A stretch of 59,539 nt of DNA, the filler included, from Sluysia triapertura (lineage: Eukaryota): the NCBI GenBank assembly GCA_046118255.1. It is 4 parts of 4 records of this genome, joined end to end, with 100 filler letters (N's around TTAATTAATTAA, not from the genome) between each part and the next. Parts side by side here need not be neighbours in the genome. Positions count along the whole stretch, not along the records: positions 30,944 to 48,266 come from JBJNIA010189164.1; positions 48,367 to 59,539 come from JBJNIA010187889.1; 2 more parts are not named here. One strand, written 5' to 3'. The position numbers and the translations under genes are program-made. Below, in pieces: positions 39,500 through 54,300 of this stretch (positions are counted from its first letter, which is position 1; each line of letters begins with the position of its first letter). The notes under the pieces are model-generated. The model did not search any database. It saw only the letters and a program-made list of their open reading frames with translations, and had not been told where the DNA came from.

Positions 39500-41450
39500 T
39501 TTAAATCCGAAATTTAACCGGATATCGTAAATTATTAAGCTCTAAAGATCCTATTAAAAAAGGATCCATCGCAAAATCTGATAATGAATTACGATTGATA
39601 ATCCAGAGCAATTTTAAAATCCCATTAGTTTTTTGAATCATAAAAATTTGTAGTTAAATAATTGCTTACTGTTAGAAGTTATTATAAGGTATTTGAGAAT
39701 AACCTCCAATAAGTAGATGTTACGATTTCTTTTAAAATCCAACTCGAATACATAATTCATAATTCAATTTTTATAACGTAATTTTCCAACTAAATACAGT
39801 ACTCAATTCATAACTCGTCTATAATCAAGATATAAAACATTTCCACCATGACAACCGCAAGTTTTTTATGTTAAGTTTTTTATATTAAACACACGTAAAT
39901 TCTCTTTATTTAAATATTGTGTTAAAACAATCTCAAACTCATTTTTTAAAAATATTTAATATTAGAATGGTTCCTCTAATATTTTAATTAATTATTATTG
40001 CTCCAAAGTTGATACCAGTCGCTTAAACTGTTACATTTTCTTACTTGTTGATAAATATTTTACACTTATTTAAATAAAACTTCGTCATTTAGTCACTGTC
40101 TTATCAGTAAACTATAAACACAAGTAAAGATATAAATATAAAACACATATAAAAGATATATAAAACAAAAGTAAAGATATAAATTTATAAAAGTTATATA
40201 GAATTTTGTTCATTTAACAACTATGCCCCTATTGAGTATAAGTCATAGGTTGTAAAAGGACCCGTAAGATTAAAATTAATTTTCTAAGATAAAATAAAAA
40301 ATAAACTAGCAGTAGTAAAAATAATTATTTTTGATATGATTAAAAAATAGAAAATAATGAATAGTAACCTCTCCGACGAAATCGTGACATTAAAGGATCG
40401 AGATGTGTTTAATAATATTTTGAATTTCTACAAAAGCAGTACTTGATTATTAATCACCAAAATCCATTTGAACTTGCAAATCGCTTAATTCTTATAATAA
40501 AAGACTTATCTATTGAAGAAAATAATTGCTAAATAGGAAATTTGTTTTCGTTATTATTAGTTTTGTGCTGTAGTTTCCTTAACCCTTAACCTACAACAAA
40601 ATATTTTTAGCAGGGTCCGGTTACAGTAAAAACGTCTTATAACATATAGTGAGCGCTCGTGTAACTTTAAGTTAATAATTTCCAACGTAAATTTGTTATA
40701 ATATTAGTGATGTTTTTATGCACTTATATAATTATGTTATTCTTCTTTATCTAAGGATCTGAATTTAATTATTTCTCTTTTCTTTTGATGAACTTATTAA
40801 ATTTATCTTTCAGCATTTATATATCTTTATGTAATTCTTAAACGACGGCGTTATATAGCCTTATCTAAAATTCACACTTTTGTCTTTACCTATAGTTACA
40901 CTATTTAAAATACCTTGTAAGTAGATGTTTGCAACAATCTTAGCTTTATTATTAAACGGCTATTTTATTTTGATAAAGACAAAATCTTTAAATTATTTTA
41001 TTTCACATAATCTCACAGACTTATTTACATGATATAGAGTTCAGAAATTTTTTAATTTTATAAAATAGTTATATGCTACGTTTTGTTTAATATTGCGTCC
41101 TAATTCTTGATCAGTTTTAAACTTTAGTTCCTTGATGAAATTTTCAACTTGTATTTAACTTGAAAAAATGATAACTTTATCTATAATTTATCAATTACTA
41201 CAAAGTTTATTCTTTATAATTCCTTGATAAGTAAGCTTAAATTAAATTTTCTTTATAACTTTATCTTAAATGTGCAACTTTCCGTTTAATTTACTTAATA
41301 TCTCATTTATAAAAATAACTTAGAGTGAGTTCGTTACTTGTCTCTGTTCTTAAAGATGGAAGTGTTAAATAAGAATTTTATACACTATTATCTTAAATAT
41401 TTACAATCTTATTTTTTCAACCCCGAGACAACAAATTAGAAGAAAAACTT
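39500..41450. mobile_element. Possible second Polinton relic, with an LTR-end fragment at ~40566-40670
   Basis: Plus-strand NPFELANRLILII (~40460) resembles the DPNELV.RL.LL Polinton motif; minus-strand LEEP..NEFEIVL (~39930-39980) is penton-like; heavily decayed. Confidence 0.3.
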
Positions 41451-42910
41451 TATTCCAATGAAATAACCTCAAAAACCAACAAATATTGTAAATAATGAAT
41501 AGTTATAAAATACAATTTGCAAGGAAATAAAAAAATTAATGAAACATATTCTACTAATTGTTTTAACCTAAACATCATCAGCAATTTAATGCAATTTCAA
41601 CAAGCAAAATAATAAAGGCGATGTATGATTATGAAATTTAATTTGTAAAGCAAAATCTTCTAATTTTTCGTACAAAATTTATGAAACGATATTTTTAATT
41701 ATTAACTGTTTTAGATTTATTACAAAAATTTGTAATAAAAATTTAGTACTCATTTACGTAAATAAATCATAAATCTCATTAAAAATGTATCCCACATTGT
41801 TGTTCAATAAATTGTCTTTGAGTGTTTGAAGCTCGATGCCAAATGATTCTTCTTATACCTCCTTTGTCGTTGACCTTGTTACCGTTTGTTGTCGATGTAA
41901 TTGTTGATAATGTAATTGAAGTTTTCCAGTTTTTTTCGTGTCGTATTTATAGTATTAAATTATATTTATATATTGTAATTAGGTTTACTTTATATACATT
42001 CAGTGTGCAGTTTTATATTAAAATTATTATTAATACATTAATAAATTTATATTATTCAATCATTTATTAGTCAGCGTTCAATGTACAATTATTATTATTC
42101 ATCATCAGTTCAAATAATATTTACAATATCTTATATTACTGATTATTAACATTCAATTCAATTTAATTACGTATTTACAGTATTAAAATTAATTATTCAA
42201 TTTGATATAGATAATGCTTTTAAATTAATTTTATTGTGGTTGATCATTAACATTCATGTTTATATTATTAACTTTCAAACATTCTTGTAACTTATTTACA
42301 AGACATTCTTTAATATCATTAACATATAAATTATTAGCAATACATTCTTTAAATACATTACATTTATACATTAATTATATAATGTGGCTCATCATTATTC
42401 ATTTTATTAACTTTCAAATATTTTTATTAATTCAAACATTCTTATTAACGTTTTTAAATAGAATTTTATTCAAGCATCATTCATTAACATATATTTTTTA
42501 TTAAAACATTAATATCATTAAAATTTTTTTATCGATTTTTCACATTTTTATTCGCAGAGTTCGTATTACTCGTTCAAATTAGAAAAATATTTGCTTTATT
42601 ATACAGGTAAATACTTTTATGTAACTTTAGCAGTTAATTTTTATTTCAAATGCATAAAACGACTCATTTAAAATTAAATCTTTGAAAATGGTTATATATA
42701 AATAACTAAAACTTATTATATATTTTATTAATATTTTTAAAATAAATTTATTAAAAAAATTTTTGCATTATTAAAAATAAATAAATCAATAAATAAATCA
42801 AGACCTAATAAGTTATAATTTTTAAAAATATTCTAACTAAATTAATGAATATTAATTTATAAACAATCACAAATGAGTATGAAATGAATAATTATTCGTA
42901 TTTAGACAGT

Positions 42911-42955
42911 TTATTTTCGTCCTTGAAGCCAATAAGTGGTCATCATTCCTTTTCC
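42911..42955 (-). CDS. Guanylyl cyclase, terminal coding exon
   Basis: tttag acceptor; GKGMMTTYWLQGRK-stop, the canonical GKG.M.TYWL end of class III cyclase domains. Confidence 0.93.
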   Translation of the reverse strand, partial: GKGMMTTYWLQGRK

Positions 42956-44135
42956 CTAAAAATATTTTTAAAAGAATGAAAATAATATAAAAAACCGAAA
43001 ATATTTTACTTTGTTTTAATTTATGTAAAAAATTGATTACTTTTTATGTCTTTTAAAGTGACATTTATTTATAAATATAAATATAGATATAATTCTTTTA
43101 GATAACACTTAGATTTATTTTCGTACTATTCATGGAAGTAATCGTTATCAGTTGATATAGATTTAAAGCGAAACGAGCTTATCAATTATGCTTTAAATAA
43201 AAAAATAATTAATACATTGATTTAAAATTTGAATTAGTTTAAATAATTATTTAATTTTTTGAACTTTTATGGATGCTACACAAATATAATTTTATATATA
43301 ATAATTATGCAAATGTAACGTTTTTTAATAGAAATTATATTGTTAAAGTCTATATGAATTGCATTTTATTTATTGTTATAACATTTTCATAATTAATTTA
43401 AATCGATACATGATTTATATGATTAAATTATGATTTATACTTGTTTTTTTATGATCAAAGTTTAAAGTTCTCTTACGAATGATAATTTATATAAGTTTCT
43501 ATTTCGTGGAGATAAAAGTTTGAACCTTATTATCTGATAATAAACTTATAAAATAAATATTCATTTTGATACTACAATAACAATAATTGTTTTTTTAAAA
43601 TTTTATTCAATTTACAATCTTTTAATGTATTTCATCACCAAATATCGAAATTTTAGTATTAGAGGAAAGAAACTAATAAGATATAATCCAAATTGAATGA
43701 ATGTTCGAAATTTAAATCAATTGATTAATGTAAAACTTAATTCATTAATTATTCAATATTTGATCATTGAATCAAAAAATCGTAGAATTGAAATTAGAAA
43801 GCTTTTTGAACGATTTTTAAACGAATTATTACGCATAATGAAATAATAGATTTATTTTAAAAATCTAAACAAGTTTCGTTATTCAAAAGTAATAATCCCT
43901 AATAGACTGAAAAGATGAAAAACTTTGATGAAACTATGATGGGACTCTTTTTCGAAATTATTTCCGATAGTAAGAACAGAAATTCTTATCTCTTTTGTGA
44001 ATAATTAAATCAATTACACGGCGAAATGTCTGTAAAGAGTATCCTTCAATATATTGTTTCTTTTGAATCCTTTATTTAAGTATTCTTCATATTTAAAAAT
44101 TTTATTTATATTTACTTTACCAAAAAAACAAATAC

Positions 44136-44227
44136 CTTAACTTCTATTTGACCTCTTGTTTTAATATCGTACTCTGGATAGTTTTTCATCACTTCCACAA
44201 ACGCCTCAGACACATGGATCTTTTTAG
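44136..44227 (-). CDS. Guanylyl cyclase catalytic domain exon
   Basis: tttag acceptor, gtattt donor; (P)KKIHVSEAFVEVMKNYPEYDIKTRGQIEVK; phases match both neighbours. Confidence 0.93.
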
Positions 44228-44559
44228 CTAAAATAAAATTTATTAATGAAGGTATTCGAAATACTTTTACATTTATTCGTCATTTAATTAGTAATAATCT
44301 CGTAATAATCTCATTGTAAATATAGTGAAGATTCAAATACTGTTGCTTTTTGCATTGCACGGAAAAATTACTTCATAAGGTTGAGGAATTGTTCTTACAC
44401 CATGTTAAAATAGTGTTTATTACATAATTTTTATAGAATATGTTCATTCAGTTCGTGTCCTGTTCAATTGTGACTCTAATATGTTTATGTGTGTGCGCTT
44501 TTTATGATTATTATGAAGAGGCTATTACGAAAATTTATTGATTTTTTCTGTTTTCAGAT

Positions 44560-44830
44560 TTCCTATTAAGAAATCACAAGATATAAAAATAATCGGATGT
44601 CGTATCTAGCCTATAGCTGTTGCCTATAACCACAATCTCTTCGAATCAATTTAGTATGTAATGAAGGGACATCAATTCGCATTATTCGATTCTTTACTGA
44701 AGAAGTAGTATTCTGATCAAAACGTGCAGATCATTAGTAGAACGAGGTGAGCAATAATGGTCTTTAAATAAATCCTTACATAAAATATCATTATTTTAAC
44801 ACGACCCACGAATTTTACTCCAACCTAGTA
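44560..44830 (-). mobile_element. LINE ORF2 3'-end relic inside cyclase intron
   Basis: LGWSKIR...IDVPSLHTKLIRR resembles the post-RT tail of CR1/L2-type LINEs; stops present. Confidence 0.35.
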
Positions 44831-45779
44831 AATAAATAGTTTAAACTATTCGGTATCAAAATTAAAAATTATACGCAATTATATTATGTATTTTCAAAAT
44901 TTTATAAATTCTCATAAAATCTTTGAAAAGTAAATGACAAAATCTTTTTCATCTGGTAAATATACCATTTAAATACAATATTTACAAATACTTGATACCT
45001 TCATGAAATTGTGAAAAGTTACGTCTATGTTAAGAAAATTAAGATATTGTTTCAATATTAATTTTTATTTCAGAAAAATTCAGATTAATATAGCATTGAA
45101 TGTATATATATATATATATGGTGTAAAGCTTTTTATATTACAAGAAAAGAAAGAAAAAAATGGACTAAATCGATTAAATTTGAAGAACTTTGATTGGTGA
45201 ATAGATAAAAATTGTTGATTCTTCGAAATCAAATTTTCCATACTTATCGGATAGATTTATCAATTCATTGTAAAGGTGAGAAAAATACAAAGTAAATTAA
45301 GCAATAAATTGCAATAAATGCGAAATAATTATTGAAGAATTACAAATACTTGGATTAAACCATCCATTAAAGAGTTCTAATTTGGTTCCGAGAGAGTTTT
45401 GATTGTTCCAATATTCAAATAATTTATTTAGCTGGCAAAAATATGAAAATTTTTATATAAAGAAATATTTCAATGGGCTGAAAGATTTCTATTCTAGAAA
45501 TATGAGAAACCATTCATAAATCATTTATTAACTCTATATGATCTTCAGAAAGAGGAAATTTTGTACAGCTAAAATCTTTCATTCTTTCAATCTTAACATC
45601 AGAACTGTTTTCACTTAAAATATTCCTAATCTGAAATAAACACCAATTCAAATATTTATTCTAATTTTTAGCGGACTACACAACTCAAAATAAGTAAATC
45701 TTGATTAAACCTTCCTTAAAATGTCGATTTTTAAATAAACACTTTCGACACAAATGTATAAATTTTGACACAAAACTTT

Positions 45780-45960
45780 ATCATTTCATTACCACAAGGA
45801 ACGCAGGTTACTACACATCTCATCATATTCAGCTTCACATTAATAAATATAAAATACATATTTTAGGCTTAAATGATGCCAGATATATACAATTTGATTT
45901 GCAATTTTCTCTCATTATATTAAGAAGCAAAAGCACTTTGAGATCAACACAAGAAATTTA
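45780..45960 (+). mobile_element. LINE APE endonuclease N-terminal relic
   Basis: INKYKIHILGLNDAR resembles the APE motif Y.IDILGLSETR. Confidence 0.45.
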
Positions 45961-46404
45961 AAGACGAAGACAAATCGGCTCTAACAAAATACGTATTGTG
46001 GTAGTCCGACTCGTTAAATCTGATTTTATTACAAAATTAGCTTGTAACAAAATTCTCAATTTAAATTATATAAGTCTTTAATATTTTACGGCTCCCTCAC
46101 ATTCAAAATCTTAAAACCTACTAAATGATTTTTTATATTAAATTAATAATGTTAATGAATTAGAGCAAATGATAATGACAATAGAGCGAAGATTAAAAAA
46201 AGAGTATGAATGAATATTCCATGCTTGATGTTTTGAGTAATCTAGATAAGAGAGAAAATAAAGTCATATATGAAAAAGTAAATGCTTTTGAAAATGTTTA
46301 TGTTAATTCAAAACATGCTAAAAAATTTCTATTTATCACGTTTATAGTTAAATATATTTCTTACCTAAAACAATAACTTTAAAAAATAAACAAGAAATAA
46401 TTAC

Positions 46405-46503
46405 GAAGGCAATACGTTTTCATCCTCGAAGCAGTATTAACAGTATCTCCAAATAAGCAATATCGCGGCATTAAATTTCCAATAACACCTGCGCATACAT
46501 TAC
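46405..46503 (-). CDS. Guanylyl cyclase catalytic domain exon
   Basis: tttcag acceptor, gtaatt donor; (G)[32 protein letters not shown], with the GTP-specifying Cys and catalytic Asn/Arg. Confidence 0.96.
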
Positions 46504-48266
46504 CTGAAATTATTATACTATTATACTATTTCTTTAATCTTGTTACTATAATATGATATATAATTGTTTTTATAACGATACATTATATATATTTTTGTAA
46601 TATTCATTTAATGCACTGTAAATATTTTTTGAATTATTATGTCTTTATAAATATGAAAACTAATATAGTTCTACATTTTTGTTGCAACATAGTGAAGGAA
46701 TTTATAAAAACGTTTAAACTATTATATAAAAATATAATTCTATTACATTTAATACTTAATATAATATTTATACTTAAGAATTGATTTTTCAATTGGACAA
46801 TTTAAGGCCTTTAATGAATAAAAATATGTAAACGCTCTGGAAAGATGAATGCCAAATATTTTCAATGATGATAAAGGATAGAATGAACACCTGACAAATG
46901 TATGTCGAATTTGGAAATGCTGATATGTAAAGTAAACAATTGTTGACAAAAAATACAAAGAAGCCAGACTGACATAGGTCAAAAATATGTTAGACTATCC
47001 AATGACATAAGTACTTTTCAGCAATGAAAAAGTTCAATCTCGACAGTCGAACATGTATCTTTACTCTAAAAAGATATTATGAGATGTTATTTCATTTTAT
47101 TTTATTTAAATTTACAATAATATTAATAGTATCGTTTATCAAGAAACGCTTGGTGCATTATTATATTTAAAATGAAAAGGTTCGATTTCTTATATCTAAT
47201 TACACAAAAGGGTAATACATTAGTTTAGTTTAGCTAAGCAATCCGACAGTACATTCGTGGGCCTATATTATAGATGCATTTATGCAAAATGATTCTTAAA
47301 AATTTGTTATTCGCCAAACAATGAGTATTATCTAAATACAAAACTATTCTTTTTGATTAATTTAGTTTTATTATAGAATTTTTCGATCAATTAAAGAAAT
47401 TACGTAAAATGAATTTAAATTAAAATATAAATCAACCGATTTATTCCATAATAACTTCCTCATCATAACATCTTTTCATATAAACAAGCAGTTTCCGGTA
47501 AAAATATCCACAAAATACCTTCGTTTTTAGCACCTCCTCGTATCACTAGATTTTTCCATACAGAAAAGACCTTCTCAATATGGAGACAAGTACTATTGTA
47601 CCATTGTATTAGAGAATTTTTCGATTAATTAAATAATATCTGCGATCAATTAAATAAATTTTGCAATCAACTGCTTAGTGTGGCTTGCCATACATTAAAC
47701 TGATTGACTTAAAATATTCTTGGATTATTCTTTCCCTGTCATCGGCTGAAACGGTGTAATAATAATTATAAAGAGTTTACTGTTGCCTTATGGATGGCAG
47801 TTTGATCGTTGTTTGTGTTTTCGGAGTTTTCATTGTTGTTACGTGGACATGGATTACCTAATTTTCAAATTTTTTAAACGATATTTTTAATTTTTTGGTT
47901 AATTTATTTAATTTAAATTCTTTTCTACATAGTTTATTTAATTGATCGATAAACCATATATAATTATAATGTGATATGCGCGATTCAATTTTTTCTTTTT
48001 TCAAATTACATAATGCATTGAAATAAACAGAGTATTAACAAATGAATACGTAAAATTAAGTTATAAAAATCATTTGTATTAATGTTCTTTGGTTCTCAGT
48101 AAAAAACAATTGGTGTATTAACACGTTTACTTATATATACCATACACAGTGTAATATAACATGCATAACTATGTATAAATTTGTATTAATATTTATTTTA
48201 TATAATAATGCAATTTAATATTATTTAGTAATTATCTTTGTAGACTATTCAGAAAACGAAAATAAT

Positions 48267-48366
48267 NNNNNNNNNNNNNNNNNNNNNNNNNNNNNNNNNN
48301 NNNNNNNNNNTTAATTAATTAANNNNNNNNNNNNNNNNNNNNNNNNNNNNNNNNNNNNNNNNNNNN
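48267..48366. other. Artificial scaffold spacer 44N-TTAATTAATTAA-44N
   Basis: Identical 100-nt spacer. Confidence 0.97.
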
Positions 48367-51300
48367 TCCTGATGAACTTTAGACTTTAAATTAAATAATT
48401 TACTTTAATTTTAATGTTCCGGAACCTTTGCTCTTGATAAATACCGACAAAATAATAGCATAATTAAATAAATAATGAAAATATAAATAAATAAATAATG
48501 GAAATTCGGGTCATAGTCTATATTTACAAAATCTGTTTAAAGTTTAAAACTAATTAATTTTATTTTTACCATTTTAATTTTATACAATTTTTTAACAAAT
48601 TCATATTATTTTAAAGTTTTATTTATGAAATTTACATATTAATTAACAAAATTTACATATTATTATTAATTTATTTACATATAAAAGTTACATATTATTA
48701 TTAAATTTATTTACAATTGCTGAAAATTACATATTGTTGATCAGAAATCGTAAGTTATATTCTATTAAGGTTTTTTCCCTTAAATAAATTAAGGGTTGAC
48801 TTTACAAATTTCAATATATCTAAATATTTTGCTAGAATAAAACTAGGATTAAAATCTTTAAATAAATATTAAAACAAATTAAAGAAATCTTAATATTATT
48901 TATAGTTATTATATACTTATACCATTTTTACTGAACCGATGTGGTTTTTTCATTCTTAACCTACTTCAAAATAATTTTCTGACAGAGACCGGTCACCTTT
49001 AACTACAAATGAACAATTTTGACGCGTAATTTAACTATCAACTACCTAACCTGCGTAGTTTAATGACGATATCTTAAACTAAATTTCTTAATGCTCTTAA
49101 ATATATGAAACTATTGTTCTTTAGTTTATGCAATTAGATTTATGCGATATATATATTCGTAGTTTAATTATGGTAGCTTCAAATTTATGACTCTTTATTG
49201 ACTCGAAATTAATTTACCACAACTAACTCAAAAAGAATTAACTTTAAAAAAATTAATCGAATAAAAATTCACACAAAAGAATTTAAAGGTTTTAAGGGTT
49301 TGATAATATTATAAAAATAACGGAAATTATTATAACGGTAAGGGAATGTTGTGTCACTCCTATTGATAATATTCTGTATCAACAGATTAAATCCATATAA
49401 CTGGAATTGATGTCGTCAGTCGGTCGGAACCGTTCTTCTTCTTTTCGGAGGCATCCAGGTTAACTCTCAAGGAAAGGCTAAATAAGATTAGTTTAGTATA
49501 GCTGGGAAACTGATGTACTAGTGATGGTTTCTAAAAAAATTATAAATGTCTTCCAAAATTTTTGTTGATGGAGCCATCTACAGAATTGAGAAAGAATGTA
49601 TATTTGTAGATAAAGAAAATCAAATACAAAAACAGAAAAATTACTAAGTTTAATATCATTTAGTAAGTAATATAATTAATAAGTTTAAAATATTATACTT
49701 ATATTATATTACAAAATATTATACTTATATTTTTTGAGAAAGAAAAGGATTAGTGAAAGAAAGTGAAAGAAAGGATTGGGTCCAAATTCTCATGTTATTT
49801 CGATGTGAGAATTTGCTTTGGTTTTTTAAAGATATCAATATATTATATTAAGTGAGTCCTCTATGACACTGGGCTTAGATGTCAGCAAATAAGACAGAAT
49901 GGAAATTTGAGGTGAAGAATGTGTCTGCTTTTCTGTTCTTTATACGATTTTTTAAATATAAATTTGATTATGATTATAAATTTAAAAGGATCTTTTTAAA
50001 AGTACTTTCTTTTAAGAAATATTTTATAATTTTAATTTCATTAATTTACAAAAGAATACCTTATAAATGTCAGAAAAATTTTAATACCATTTTCTTTTAG
50101 CAATATATAAAAAGAAGTAAAAAAACTCAATTATTAGATTAATAATACAAATTAAATGAACAAAATATAGATACATACAGTCTTAATAAAGTACCCAATC
50201 ATTAGATTACGAACTGTAGGGAAATCACATAAAATTCATCACACTTCATCACATAAAGACATCACTCATTAAACAAACTACTAAACTTATTCAAAATACA
50301 AACATAATCATTGCACATAATTATCATGAACTACAGCTATTATTATTATTATTATTACAATTCAAATCGTATTAAATAATATATATAATAATTATTGTCA
50401 TTATTGTTACATAATATGATTGTCAAATAATAACTTTTATAATAAATTTCATATCAACAATGGTAGTATTAATAAACATAATAACCACGTTATTATAACA
50501 ATCATTATTATTATTATTTCTTTTTATTCTTTTGTTTTTCCCATTTTTATATATATCTATCTATTTGCTTATCTACAAAGTATTATTTAATATCTGTTAT
50601 AAAATTTTATCTTTTAACAACTCCAACATTTCAATTGAACTGCCTCATATAATAGTATCCTCTTCCTTTAATTGTAAAGTTGTCCGTACAAAATAACGTT
50701 ATTACATAATACTGTTACGATTTTGATTTCTACTTTTCTTTTAAGATAAGATGTTACATGATATCTCCATTTTTACTTGAAACTTATTTTTGCAATTTTT
50801 GTAATTTTCTCTATGGAATTGAGTATAATATACCCTTATTAAAATGTTTGTCATTAGATATGAACGAGTGAACTATTAATTTTGTGAGTTTTTATTAATC
50901 AATTTTCTAATATTTGATCTTCTGAAATGGTATTTCCACTTTAACATTACATTTTCCCTCATGCTTATTTTGATTCACTTACAATTCTATTTTTAATAGA
51001 TTTCGTATTTTTAATTTAGCACTTACCACATATAATTAGGTTGTTTAATTTATTTTAGCATTGTTAATATTTTTATTGTCGATAATTATAATTTTTGTCT
51101 TTTCTTCATTCATTTACAAGTATGTATTTTCAAACTATTTGAAAACATTATTTTTGTTCTACATAGCTTCGCAAAAGAATGTTTACTTTTTATGTTTTTG
51201 AAAAATTGATATATTTTACTTTTCACAAAGAAGTTTCAGAATTTATTGAAAAATCTATGCAAAACTCAGAGAAACATAAACATTAAAGTAAAGACTTATA

Positions 51301-54300
51301 CATAATTAATATTACATGTAAATAATCAATTAAATGATTTTATGAAATACGCTAATTGTTCAAAATTTTTATGAACATGAAGAGAATGATTTCAAGCTTA
51401 ATAAGTTTAAAATATCTACGAACAAAAAAATAGTAGTAGCTATTAAATCGATTCGTGTCTATTGTCTATCATTTATTTTTGTTTTTATGTAATTAAATGC
51501 CGTATTGACGAATATTTATTTATGGGTGAAGCTGCTTTGTCATTCGACGTGTTGTGTACATATTTAGTTACATGTTTACTAATTCAACATTTTAAAAAGC
51601 ATGGTTATATTGTACGTTGGCATTATTTAGGTATGCTTTTTATGTTAATTTTGTTATTTTATCTAGTTTTAATTACGTAGAGTTAACTACAAATGTTGAT
51701 GTTGTTATATTACAAATATTCATTTTATTTATGTTGTTACAATTAAAATTATTACCAATCATAGTTATTGCATTCATTTTTGTAATATATCATTTCTTGG
51801 CCGTTTGTTTTCATATTGATATTATAAACATTATGAACACCCATTTAAGCCAAATTTATTATTTGAATTCGAAAAATTACGCCATAGTAGTGTTTTTCTC
51901 TATATTATTACTTTTGACAAATTGTAATAAATTATGTTTAAGATTTTTACAATCATTACATTATAAAGGTGTTTTTATGCATTAATTCAAAATGCTAAAG
52001 AAAGTATAGAAATTAATATAGCACAAGTTAAAATGGATTGGTTTAAAGTTATTATGCTCAAGTGTATAACTAAAAAAATTTAAACAAAGCAAACAATCTG
52101 AATGCAATAACGTGTGTACAGTCATATAATAGTATAAGCATTTTTTCGTGTCCTTATGTTCTATTTGATTGTTTCGTAATAAAAAAAATTGAATCTCGTC
52201 TTGTTTAATTTGTTATTCTTTAAAGGCTTTAAGCCTAATTTATTGTCTAAGAAAGTTATTTCGGTTTTAAAATTAAAAGTTAATTGTTCATTTTTAATTA
52301 AATATTTCATGTTTAATATTAAAAATATAAAACTAAACATTAATAAATATAATATATTAACACTTTTCAACTAAAGCGCCCCAGAGTGCTTAATAGGTTA
52401 TTTAGGTAATTTAGTAAAATATTATTAATTATTATTATATTTCAAAATATCAATAATTAATTAATTAAGAAACCTATTTTTAATAAATTAAAATATTTTT
52501 TAATCAATAAAACTTAAATAATAATCAATGCAAATCCAATTATTTTAATTGGTGGACAAATTTTAATTATGTAATAATAAATATTTTCCAGATAATGGTT
52601 TTATTATTGAGAAATGATACACTGTAGAAAAGATATTAAATTAGCGATTAATGAAATAAAAATAAGAATTCGTAACTCCATTAGGCTCACATGTTAAGAT
52701 GATCTTATTGATCTTATCTTTTTTAATTTCTAAAGTAGTTAATTGCTGATACGTTCCATAACTAACGAACGGTAGACGCTTATATCTGTTTTAATTTGAT
52801 TGGAGTTTTAAAAAAGTCCAAAACTGTATGTATTGCTTCCAGTTGAAATTATTATCATACTACTAGTAAATTGAAATCGCAAAAGCAAATAATTTATTTG
52901 TACCGTTTAGTTATATTGTTACAGCTGACCATTCCAGCTGGACAACGATTTAACATTAGGAGTTATGATTTCTTCAAAAATGAAAAGAATTTGGCAATCC
53001 TTGAAGATCCCTATTTGAATAAGGTTTTTAGGGTTTATGTAAAAATCTTGAGATGTAGAAAAATTTCAAAAGCTAATTATTTTTACTGAGTTTTGTGGGA
53101 TCAGTTTATTATGGCAATTTGTAAGTGTAATTAAAATTAATATATTGTAATCGAATATTAGATTATCGATTTTAAAATCATCGTTAATGAAGATTCTTAT
53201 AAATATTGAAATACTTTTTAAATAACTTGGTATACATTGCAAACTATTGATAATATAACAACAAATTAAATAAAACATATAAAGACAGTAAACACAAATA
53301 TTACCATAAGTAGGGAAAATGAATCCCAAGCTAACAACTGCAGATACAAATCTGTGTGATGATTTTTAGGAAACATTTTATCAACTAAATGTTGATAAAA
53401 TAAATTATTAATCAAAGTAATTACGTTAGCGTAATCGGTACCAAATTTTCTAATAAATTGGTATGTTCACTTTTAGTTCGATTTAGTTCATTTTTACACG
53501 ACATTATAGTTATGTACTTGAAAATATATTGATTTAATAGGTTGCTCAAATCAAAAATATTACGTTAATGTCATTATTTGAATAATATTGACAGCGAAAA
53601 CTCATACAAAAATTGTTTGTTTGAGCATCATCAAAAATCTTACGAAAAATCACAATTGTTCTAATTTTCTTTTGAGCAAACATTGCATAAACTGCATTGT
53701 CTACATATTTCTAATCATGTCTAAATAATAGTTAATTATTGGCATCATCTAAATTTTGAAGTTAAATTTTTGTGAATATATTAATCTATATAAGAAAATC
53801 GAAAATATTTATATAGAAAATATTTATGTACAAGTTCTTTGAAATCGACTTTGCTTTTTTAAATTTTTATTGATTTTTTGTAATGAATTTTTGTGACCGC
53901 TACTAAATTTAGTAGCCTATTTATATGTGATATTTCACCACATCACACGATGCGGTATTTTAGAAATTTTATTATTTTCTTTTTAATATTATTATTATTA
54001 TTATATTATTGCTATTAACATTAAATTATTGCTACAATTGCGACCCATTTCATTCCATAAACTTACTGCCTTGTAATTTGAAAGATTTAACTTCATATGA
54101 TACTTATGTATTTCTTCTTGATCCTGAGCAAAAGTACTTTTTTTCTTTATAAAACCTATTTTGACTTACAGTTGTTATCAAGTCACAATTTTTTGTTGCA
54201 AGCAATTGAAACTGCAATATGAACGAGTGCTCATAATTGATATTAATGTGAATATTATTAATTGTAAACCCACAGAAGAAAACAGTGCCACAATGATTTC

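Noticed and set aside
43775-43815. RRIEI peptide resembling homeodomain helix 2
   Set aside because: Wrong strand for hox1 and no flanking homeodomain residues.
46749-46982. FQIRH...LKIFGIH resembling the preceding cyclase exon
   Set aside because: Spacing and residues do not fit RIGIHTG, and no suitable phase-1 donor follows.
54030-54215. Small exon-like pieces and a RING-box-like MKLNLSNYKAVSLW
   Set aside because: Not phase-compatible with hox1, no RING cysteines; likely chance.
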